Positions 53,883-61,420 of a stretch of DNA of 64,000 nucleotides are shown here, in pieces. The stretch lies in the IMG/VR virus record IMGVR_UViG_2751186034_000001, positions 9,246 through 73,245 of that record. One strand, given 5' to 3'. The notes beneath the pieces were generated by a model. It did no database searches. It saw nothing but the letters and a program-made list of their open reading frames with translations, and was not told the DNA's origin. How positions within the stretch are numbered: the first letter of the stretch is position 1; each line of letters starts with the position of its first letter. The translations under genes were made by a program, and so were the position numbers. Origin of the DNA: a virus. Taxonomy: Duplodnaviria > Caudoviricetes.

Positions 53883-53951
53883 CCCGCACCCAGCAACGCA
53901 AACGTCAAACCTGGCTCGCACTGCCGGCCAGCGGAATAGAGGAGGTAGGCC

Positions 53952-54275
53952 ATGGCGAAAACACCGCAGGAACGCTCGGCCAAAACCGCCAGGAAGCGCG
54001 TGGCGAATGCCGAAGAGGAATTGAGGCTCAGCGTTCGCCCCGGCACCCGACAGGCGCTGGCCGACCTGATGGAGTGGTCAGGCATTACTGAGCAGGGAGA
54101 GGCAATGACGCTGATGATTCATCGTCTTCATGACCTTGGCTCGAAGTCCAAAGCGCTACTCGAACCGCCGCGCCACGAATTCAAGATATCCGAAAACGTG
54201 GCGCGGGAATTTCGCAATAAAAGCCTGCTCGCCATCCAGAAAGACCCCGGCGACGAGATCATCGAACCCGAATAA
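53952..54275 (+). CDS. Hypothetical protein (RHH-like)
   Basis: 107 aa with GGAGG RBS; LRLSVRPGTRQALADL. Confidence 0.6.
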   Translation: MAKTPQERSAKTARKRVANAEEELRLSVRPGTRQALADLMEWSGITEQGEAMTLMIHRLHDLGSKSKALLEPPRHEFKISENVAREFRNKSLLAIQKDPGDEIIEPE

Positions 54276-54332
54276 CCCACCCTACTCGCTGCATCCGGTA
54301 ACCGGAGGGCGGCGCCTGACTGGAGACAATCC

Positions 54333-54776
54333 ATGAGCAACATTCCCCCGCGCCCGAAGGCCGACAAAGTAATGATCCTTGCGGCTTGCACCCTTGTTGC
54401 TGAGAAGATCAACGGCGATGCCGAAACCATCGCCAAGCACTACCGTCGCCACATGGACGGTTTTGAGCTGGCAAAGGAACTCGATAAGTACGCGTCCTGG
54501 GACACCACGCGTGATGATATGGATGCGCTGGACGAGGTCGACTATCTCGTAGATCGGGCCGAGGGCCTGGCGGTTAAAGCGTGGGCTGAAGAGTTCAAGC
54601 CCGAACCGCCGCTGCCTATTGGCACCAGGGTAAAACAAGGCGTGATCACGCGGATCTACGAGCACACCCCAGCCACGTACTGCGTCAAAGAAGACGGCTG
54701 CACCAACGATACCCGCAGCCTGCTGATCAAGTTCGAAGACGCCGTAGCCGTCCGGCTCCATGCCGGTCACCCGTAA
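54333..54776 (+). CDS. Hypothetical phage protein
   Basis: 147 aa with GGAG RBS. Confidence 0.6.
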   Translation: MSNIPPRPKADKVMILAACTLVAEKINGDAETIAKHYRRHMDGFELAKELDKYASWDTTRDDMDALDEVDYLVDRAEGLAVKAWAEEFKPEPPLPIGTRVKQGVITRIYEHTPATYCVKEDGCTNDTRSLLIKFEDAVAVRLHAGHP

Positions 54777-54814
54777 TACCCCATATCAATCTCGGACGCA
54801 GATATTTTTAGATT

Positions 54815-55054
54815 CTAGCTTGAGCGAACTATGAAAACTGCCGCTATCGCAATCACAGCGACGACTCCAAACACCATCCGTGCGAGCCAAGGAGCTGTTA
54901 GCCAGACGCCGGTAACCCCGGCAATCTGCCCAATGTTTTTTTCGCTGAAATAGCGGCCAGATGGCGGCTCGCGAAAAGGATTTCCGCAGTGGGGGCAGGA
55001 GTAGGCTTTATCAGAGATTTTTGCAGAGCATTCAGGGCAGTCAATTAGGCTCAT
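54815..55054 (-). CDS. Zinc ribbon plus TM protein (antisense moron)
   Basis: CPEC...CPHCG followed by hydrophobic segments. Confidence 0.7.
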   Translation of the reverse strand: MSLIDCPECSAKISDKAYSCPHCGNPFREPPSGRYFSEKNIGQIAGVTGVWLTAPWLARMVFGVVAVIAIAAVFIVRSS

Positions 55055-55147
55055 GATTTTTTGTCCGTTTTAATTAATGGCTGCAAACCAATATGAAGAC
55101 TTCATTTTCTGATTTTGGTTCTGCGGGAAATCATATGAGCCCACTCA

Positions 55148-55333
55148 TTAACGAATCACGCCAGCCGGCTCAGTAGCAGGCAGGCCGGCGAGGTCACGCC
55201 ACTTCGCCAGGTCAGCGATCAACTTAAGTCCTGGGCGCACCTCAGCTTCGAGCGCTTCATCAGGAAGGCTCAGCAGGCGGACAACCTCAGCGCCGATCAG
55301 GCGTATCGCTTACACATCGGTTTTCGTGCTCAT
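55148..55333 (-). pseudogene. Small ORF interrupted by TAA at codon 8
   Basis: MSTKTDV*AIRLIGAEVVRLLSLPDEALE...GVIR*; the frame is otherwise open. Confidence 0.5.
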
Positions 55334-55411
55334 CGCAGTCACCGTCAGGTTTTTGCTGAGTGCAAATCATCAACCCAATTTACGAATCACGCCAGCAGGC
55401 GAGGATCCCCT

Positions 55412-57469
55412 ATGTCCGCACAACAGAAGAAACACCCCTTCGATTTCAAAACCCAATACGGACTCGGCTTCAACCCTCAGGACGATGAGATCGTTGTCGA
55501 CTTCTTCTGTGGCGGCGGCGGGGCCGGTACCGGGCTTGAAATGGGCTTGGGCCGCACGGTGAACGTGGCGAAGAATCACAGCCCGCAAGCGATCAGCATG
55601 CACACCGTCAATCACCCAGGTGCCAAGCACTTCACCACCGACGTGTTCGAGGGTGATCCGGACACCGAGTGCGGCGGCCGCCCGGTCGGCTGGTTCCACA
55701 TGTCACCGGACTGCACGCACCACAGCCAGGCGGCCGGCGGCCAGCCGCGCAAGCGCGAAATCCGGAACCTTTCATGGATCGGGCTCAAGTGGGCAGGTAT
55801 GAAGCGGCCCCGGGTGATCAGCTTGGAAAACGTGAAGCAGATCCTTCAGTGGGGCCGCCTGATCGCCAAGCGCGACAAGGCCACCGGCCGCGTGGTCAAG
55901 CTGGACGGCAACATTGCTGCACCTGGTGAGGTTGTCCCGGTGGGCCAGCAGTTCCTAATCCCTGACCCGAAACAGCGCGGCCGCACTTGGCGCCGTTTCG
56001 TGGCCCTGCTGGAAGGCATGGGCTATGTCGTTGAGTGGAAGGTGATCAAGGCATGCGACTTCGGTGCGCCGACCAGCCGTGAACGCCTGTTCATGATTGC
56101 GAGGTGCGACGGCCAGCCAATCGTGTGGCCGGAGCCAACCCACGCCAAGAACCCCACCAAGGGTCAGCAGAAGTGGAAGACAGCCGCCGACTGCATCGAC
56201 TTCACCGACCTGGGCAAAAGCATCTTTGGCCGCAAGAAAGACCTGGCCCCGGCCACACTGCGCCGCGTTGCCAAGGGCATGAAGAAGTTCGTCATCGACA
56301 GCGCGTCGCCGTTCATTGTGCCGATAGCCAACTGGTCAGGTGAGGCGGTGCAGTCTGCCGATGAGCCACTGCGCACCGTCACCTCCTACCCGAAGGGCGG
56401 CGCCTTCTCGGTGGTCAGCCCGATCATTGCCCCAGCTACCCACCAGGGCAGCGACCGAATCAATGATCCACTTGAACCGCTGCCGACAGTGACCTGCGCA
56501 AACCGCGGGGAGCTGACGCTGATCAGTCCCACGCTGATTCAGTCAGGGTACGGCGAGCGGCCGGGCCAGGAGCCGCGAGTGCCTGGTCTGGATCAACCAC
56601 TGGGTACGGTGGTCGCCGGCGGCGTGAAGCACGCTCTCGCAGCCGCGCACCTGGTGAAGTTTCGATTCAACGACGCGGGCAAGGCGCTGGATGAGCCACT
56701 GCCGACCATCACCAGCGGCGGCAACTATCAGCGCCCGGCCGGCGCCGCTCACGCCATGGGCATATCCACGGTGTTCATGGCGCAAATGAATGGCGGCTTC
56801 AACACCACTGACGCCAAGAGCATAGAAGACCCGATGACCACGGTGACCAACACCGGTAGCCAGCAACAGCTGGTGGCGGCAAACCTGGTGCACTTGCGCG
56901 GCAACTGCGATGCACGGGACGCCAATGACCCGCTGCACACCGTCAGCGCCGGTGGCCAGCACCACGGGTTGGTGAGCGCATTCATGGAGCGGGCATTCGG
57001 CGGCAGCATTGGCCAGGGCCTGGAGGAACCGGCGCCAACCATTACCGCCGGTGGCGGGGGCAAGAGTTCGCTGGTTTCGCTCACCCTTTCGCCCGAACAC
57101 GAAGCCGGTGCCCTCCGCGTAGCCGCTTTCCTGATCAGCTACTACGGTACCGAGAACATCAGCGCTTGCGACTCGCCGGCGCCGACGATCACCACCAAGG
57201 ACCGCCTGGCCATGGTCACCGTGATGGTCAAGGGCGCCCCCTACGTGATCGTCGACATCTGCCTGCGGATGCTGAAGCCGTCCGAACTGTACAAGGCCCA
57301 GGGCTTCCCAGCCGACTACATCATCAGCCACGGTGCCGACGGCAAGCCGTTTACCAAAACCCAGCAGGTGCACATGTGCGGTAACAGCGTCAGCCCGCCG
57401 CCGATGGCAGCGCTGGCACGCGCCAACGACCCGTGGCGATTGTCATCTTTTCAATCAGTGGCGGCTTAA
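55412..57469 (+). CDS. C5 DNA cytosine methyltransferase with expanded variable region
   Basis: DFFCGGGG, SPDC, ENV, RER and GNSV motifs; eight P-x-x-T-[IV] repeats. Confidence 0.9.
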   Translation: MSAQQKKHPFDFKTQYGLGFNPQDDEIVVDFFCGGGGAGTGLEMGLGRTVNVAKNHSPQAISMHTVNHPGAKHFTTDVFEGDPDTECGGRPVGWFHMSPDCTHHSQAAGGQPRKREIRNLSWIGLKWAGMKRPRVISLENVKQILQWGRLIAKRDKATGRVVKLDGNIAAPGEVVPVGQQFLIPDPKQRGRTWRRFVALLEGMGYVVEWKVIKACDFGAPTSRERLFMIARCDGQPIVWPEPTHAKNPTKGQQKWKTAADCIDFTDLGKSIFGRKKDLAPATLRRVAKGMKKFVIDSASPFIVPIANWSGEAVQSADEPLRTVTSYPKGGAFSVVSPIIAPATHQGSDRINDPLEPLPTVTCANRGELTLISPTLIQSGYGERPGQEPRVPGLDQPLGTVVAGGVKHALAAAHLVKFRFNDAGKALDEPLPTITSGGNYQRPAGAAHAMGISTVFMAQMNGGFNTTDAKSIEDPMTTVTNTGSQQQLVAANLVHLRGNCDARDANDPLHTVSAGGQHHGLVSAFMERAFGGSIGQGLEEPAPTITAGGGGKSSLVSLTLSPEHEAGALRVAAFLISYYGTENISACDSPAPTITTKDRLAMVTVMVKGAPYVIVDICLRMLKPSELYKAQGFPADYIISHGADGKPFTKTQQVHMCGNSVSPPPMAALARANDPWRLSSFQSVAA

Positions 57470-57477
57470 GTGCAACC

Positions 57478-58260
57478 CTACCTAAGCCATAACCCTAAAG
57501 AAATGAAGTCCGAAAAACGAGCGGACTTTATATCTTTAAGAACTTCGGATTCTTTAGGGATAATTGATATTTTATAATTGTATCGATCTTCAAAAACCCC
57601 AGCTGCAACAAACCTATCTCCATAAGCAGCAACAAGAGCATACTCTTCACCATCAAGCATTACGGTTGAATAATTGGTTTTCCAATGTGCAACGCCGAAC
57701 CCTATACCCCGAATCATGAACACTACGCAGAGTGTAAAAATTAACACCGATGCCCACATGTAGAGATAGTCTCGAAATATCATAGATCTAGCGGGCACTT
57801 CCGATTTACTCCGTTCGAGCACTCCCTCTGAGTCTGCAAATTCGCTGAGCGCGTGCTCCAGCCCTCTAGATCTAGCTTTATATAGTATTTTTATAAGGGT
57901 CCATGCTAGATAAGCAAAAGAGCCCGAAAGGAGAACTTTCATCACTGTCGACTGAAATCCCGTAATGTAGAAGCCGAACATAGTGAACACCGGGTACAAC
58001 AAAGGAAGTGCAGCAGCGCGTATTTTTTTAGAGTCAGACTGCAGTAAAAACAAAAAAGCGTAAAGAAAAACAAACAATGGAAGCAAGACTACAATCACAC
58101 AAACCAACGCAACTACCATAACTTTCAAATCAACCTCAATAAAATAGTAATCATACCCAAACGCATCCGCATACCCCATCTCAAAAATAAATGATACGAC
58201 AAACGCTAGTACCGGCAGGGAAGCCAATAAAAAACTGTCCCTATTCAAGAATTCCTTCAC
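57478..58260 (-). CDS. Low-GC multi-TM membrane protein (antisense moron)
   Basis: 260 aa with about five TMs and a soluble C-terminus; visibly AT-rich. Confidence 0.7.
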   Translation of the reverse strand: MKEFLNRDSFLLASLPVLAFVVSFIFEMGYADAFGYDYYFIEVDLKVMVVALVCVIVVLLPLFVFLYAFLFLLQSDSKKIRAAALPLLYPVFTMFGFYITGFQSTVMKVLLSGSFAYLAWTLIKILYKARSRGLEHALSEFADSEGVLERSKSEVPARSMIFRDYLYMWASVLIFTLCVVFMIRGIGFGVAHWKTNYSTVMLDGEEYALVAAYGDRFVAAGVFEDRYNYKISIIPKESEVLKDIKSARFSDFISLGLWLR

Positions 58261-58427
58261 GCGATTATCTCCATTGATAGTAAGAGCCGTTCGAGTATGT
58301 CTGAATCGTTGCTGTGCAGCGAGTTATTGAAGCGATGCCAAGAGCAATAAGCGTCGTAATCATCTAAGGAGTACATCCGTACCCCTCTCCCTTCAAAGTC
58401 AGCCGCTATAGCGGCAAGGACGAAGTC

Positions 58428-59078
58428 ATGCCTGAAATAAAGGAACGCCCCATCCTGTTCTCGGCGCCGATGGTGCGCGCCATCCTGGAAGGTCGGAAGA
58501 CGGTCACGCGGCGGGCGGTGAAACCGCAGCCAGAAGTACGCATGGTCGACATGATCGGCCCAATGCTGACTTTCAAAAATAAGCGGGGCGGCCATTGGCT
58601 TTATCCGAATGCCAAAGCACAAATCATCGCTGACTGCCCCTATGGCAAGCCAGGCGACCGGCTGTGGGTGCGCGAGACCTGGTACTGCGATCACTTCGAA
58701 GTAATGCGCGGACCCTACCTCAAGCCGGATGATCTGGACATCCGTGAAGCGCTCGAGGACGGGACGCTGGTCTACGCCGCCGACGGGCTGACCCCGTACG
58801 AGCAGGAGCAGCCAACCTGGAAACCCAGCATCCACATGCCGCGCTGGGCCTGCCGCATCCTGCTGGAGATCACCGACGTGCGCGTCGAGCGGTTGCAGGA
58901 CATCAGCGCCGACCAATGCCGGCGCGAGGGATATCCAGCAGATCGGCAAGCGGAAACTGGCGGTAGCGATATGGACGCGTGGCTTTGGTTTCGGGATTTG
59001 TGGCAGCAGATAAACGGCCCTGAAAGCTTCGGCGATCAGCGGGTCTGGGTGGTCGAGTTCAAGCGGGTGACGCCATGA
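58428..59078 (+). CDS. ASCH/PUA-like phage protein
   Basis: PILFSAPMVRAILEGRKTVTRR and WKPSIHMPR motifs. Confidence 0.6.
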   Translation: MPEIKERPILFSAPMVRAILEGRKTVTRRAVKPQPEVRMVDMIGPMLTFKNKRGGHWLYPNAKAQIIADCPYGKPGDRLWVRETWYCDHFEVMRGPYLKPDDLDIREALEDGTLVYAADGLTPYEQEQPTWKPSIHMPRWACRILLEITDVRVERLQDISADQCRREGYPADRQAETGGSDMDAWLWFRDLWQQINGPESFGDQRVWVVEFKRVTP

Positions 59079-59131
59079 TCGCCACCCTCTGGTTCGCCTA
59101 CGTCTTCATCTACCGAGGTCCAAAGCCATGA
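59075..59131 (+). CDS. 18-aa hydrophobic peptide
   Basis: MIATLWFAYVFIYRGPKP; ATGA overlaps at both ends. Confidence 0.45.
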   Translation: MIATLWFAYVFIYRGPKP

Positions 59132-59460
59132 ACGATTGTGAGCTTTTGGATCTGGCGGCGAAGGCGGCAGGCATTGATCTCGAAGAAAACCGCCACTGCC
59201 CTTCCGGCGGGATGTGGATTGTCGATAAAAAGTCAGGACTGGATGTCGTCTGGTCCCCGCTGACCAATGACGGCGATGCGCAGCGCCTGGCAACAAGCCT
59301 TCAGCTCAGCATCCTCTGGCTCACCAACCTGCAATACGTGATGGTGGAGCGCCGCGGTTTCGGCGAGAACATCGGCTGGACCGATGACGCGGGCCGAGGT
59401 GGCGCGCTCCGCAGAGCAATCACCGCCGTCGCAGCACAAATCGGCAGCACGCTTCCATAA
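59128..59460 (+). CDS. Hypothetical phage protein
   Basis: 110 aa, WSPLTNDGDAQRLA...RRAITAVAA. Confidence 0.6.
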   Translation: MNDCELLDLAAKAAGIDLEENRHCPSGGMWIVDKKSGLDVVWSPLTNDGDAQRLATSLQLSILWLTNLQYVMVERRGFGENIGWTDDAGRGGALRRAITAVAAQIGSTLP

Positions 59461-59509
59461 CCCCAATCCCCCTACATGCCTGCCGGTGAGCGGCGGGCGG
59501 AGCTATGCC

Positions 59510-59917
59510 ATGAGCAGACAAGTAACCGAGATGGATTTCCGAAAGCCTGAATTTCGCCACGAGAAGGTAGAGGACTACGAATTCCGGGATGACGGGGCAA
59601 TTGTCCGCAAGGATCGATGGGTCAGCGGAATGCGGCAGATCAGTTCAATCATGGGCAATCGCGGCGGGTTTGAAATTGAAGACGTGGTCAGTCAGGTCCT
59701 CACCCTCAAGGGCAACTGGCAAGACGCCGACCCAGAGGAAGACCCAGCCGTAGACCTGATTGATGTGCGCCTATCCTGCGGCAGCATTTTGGCCGGTTGC
59801 GAGCGAACTGGTGAGTTTGCTTACTACTGGCCGTTCGGAACCATCGAGCTTACCGCCAAGGATTTCGGCGCCGATGCCGTCGAGTGGAAGCTGAGCTACA
59901 CAAAGCCAACCCAATAA
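59510..59917 (+). CDS. Hypothetical phage protein
   Basis: 135 aa from MSRQVT. Confidence 0.55.
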   Translation: MSRQVTEMDFRKPEFRHEKVEDYEFRDDGAIVRKDRWVSGMRQISSIMGNRGGFEIEDVVSQVLTLKGNWQDADPEEDPAVDLIDVRLSCGSILAGCERTGEFAYYWPFGTIELTAKDFGADAVEWKLSYTKPTQ

Positions 59918-59953
59918 CCCACCTTCTGCCGCCCAGCGCGGCAAGGACACCCC

Positions 59954-60172
59954 ATGTTCGCTATGAAACTCACCCTGACTGTACTGGGCGCCCTGTTGTA
60001 CCTGGTAGGAACCCTCGGCTGGTTCTTATGGGCCGGGCTTGACCTGCTGGACACCGGCACCACCGAGGCACTGCTCTACGCCTTCGCCGGCACATGCGCC
60101 TGGCTGCTGATCAGCTTCGGCCTGGCCATCCACATCATCAAGACAGCGCGGCCCACGGTGGGCGGGAGGTAG
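59954..60172 (+). CDS. Two-TM small membrane protein
   Basis: 72 aa hydrophobic ORF with AAGGA RBS. Confidence 0.6.
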   Translation: MFAMKLTLTVLGALLYLVGTLGWFLWAGLDLLDTGTTEALLYAFAGTCAWLLISFGLAIHIIKTARPTVGGR

Positions 60173-60174
60173 AA

Positions 60175-60369
60175 ATGTTTTTGACAGCAGAGGAAGTTGC
60201 CGACCTGACCGGCTACAAGAAGCCAGGGGCACAGATAAAGTGGCTGACCGCAGAACGATACGGGTTCGCGGTAGGTGGTGATGGTCACCCGAAGGTGCTG
60301 CGCCAAGTTGTCATCGGGCGACTGGGTGGTATTCAATCAAGGAAGGGGCCGGAGTTGCGGCTGTGCTGA
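60175..60369 (+). CDS. xis: Excisionase (DUF4224-like)
   Basis: MFLTAEEVADLTGYK...Q.KWL, directly upstream of int. Confidence 0.8.
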   Translation: MFLTAEEVADLTGYKKPGAQIKWLTAERYGFAVGGDGHPKVLRQVVIGRLGGIQSRKGPELRLC

Positions 60370-60379
60370 GGTGAGATAG

Positions 60380-61369
60380 ATGCGACCGCGCAAGAAGGAC
60401 CGGCACCTGCCAGCGTGCATGTACCAGAAGCACGGCGCCTACTACTTAGTCCGCAAGGGCAAGTGGTTGCGCCTTGGCACGGATTTTCAGGCGTCTCTCG
60501 CTGAGTACGCCATGCTTCTGGACAAGCGCAGCATGGGCGGAATGCCCAAACTGATCGACGACGCGCTGGAACACATGCGCACCAGGACAAAGCCGCCGCT
60601 GAAGCCGAACACGCTCAAGCAGTACGAGGCGGCTTGCGAGCGGCTGAAGGAGACCTTCGCCGACTTCGAGCCGCGCGAGGTGCTTCAACGCCACGTCGTG
60701 GCGCTCAAGTTGCACATGGCGGACACGCCGAACATGTCGAACCGGGTGATCTCGGTACTGCGGGCGGTGTTCACCTACGCACTGGAGCAGCAGATCGTCG
60801 ACTCGAATCCGTGCATCGGCGTACGGCGGCACCTAGAACACAAGCGCGACAGGTACATCACCCATGGCGAGTTCCAGGCGATCTGCGCCAACTCAAGCGA
60901 CAACATGCGCGTCATCTACGAGATGTGCTACCTGACCGGCCAGCGCATCGGTGATGTGCTGTCCATCCGATTGGCCGACATCAGCGCCGAAGGCATTGCA
61001 TTCAAGCAGGAGAAGACGAACGCAAGGTTGCTGGTGCAAATGACTCCAGACCTGGAAGACCTGATCGCGCGCGCAAAGGCGCTGCCTAGGAAGATCCGTG
61101 GGCTCACGCTGTTCTGTTCCCCGCGCGGCGGCAAGCCAGTGCACTACAGCTCGGTGAAAGATGCCTTCGCAATCAGTTGCAGGAAGGCCGGCGTTGAAGA
61201 TGCAAGCCTCCATGACCTGCGCGCCAAGTCGCTTTCCGACACGGACGACCAGGGCAACGACGCACAGAAGCTCGGTGGCCATACCGATGCAAAGATGACG
61301 CAACGTTATCTGCGCCTGCGTAAAATCAACGTGGGCCTCCCGCCGACAATGCCGAAAAAATCCCTGTAG
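60380..61369 (+). CDS. int: Tyrosine integrase
   Basis: TGQRIGD, HDLRAK, LGGH and TQRY catalytic motifs; N-terminal arm-binding region. Confidence 0.95.
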   Translation: MRPRKKDRHLPACMYQKHGAYYLVRKGKWLRLGTDFQASLAEYAMLLDKRSMGGMPKLIDDALEHMRTRTKPPLKPNTLKQYEAACERLKETFADFEPREVLQRHVVALKLHMADTPNMSNRVISVLRAVFTYALEQQIVDSNPCIGVRRHLEHKRDRYITHGEFQAICANSSDNMRVIYEMCYLTGQRIGDVLSIRLADISAEGIAFKQEKTNARLLVQMTPDLEDLIARAKALPRKIRGLTLFCSPRGGKPVHYSSVKDAFAISCRKAGVEDASLHDLRAKSLSDTDDQGNDAQKLGGHTDAKMTQRYLRLRKINVGLPPTMPKKSL

Positions 61370-61401
61370 TATTAGACAGATGTACTTTGTCAAATAGACA
61401 G
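61368..61401 (+). promoter_or_regulatory. Candidate integrase arm-type sites inside attR
   Basis: AGTATTAGACAG at 61368-61379 and TAGACAG at 61395-61401. Confidence 0.6.
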
Positions 61402-61420
61402 GAAGAGCTGAACGCCCCGT

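Noticed and set aside
61343-61372. Phage-supplied mutS promoter CCGACA-N18-TAGTAT
   Set aside because: Only 4/6 matches in each box; too weak to call without TSS data.
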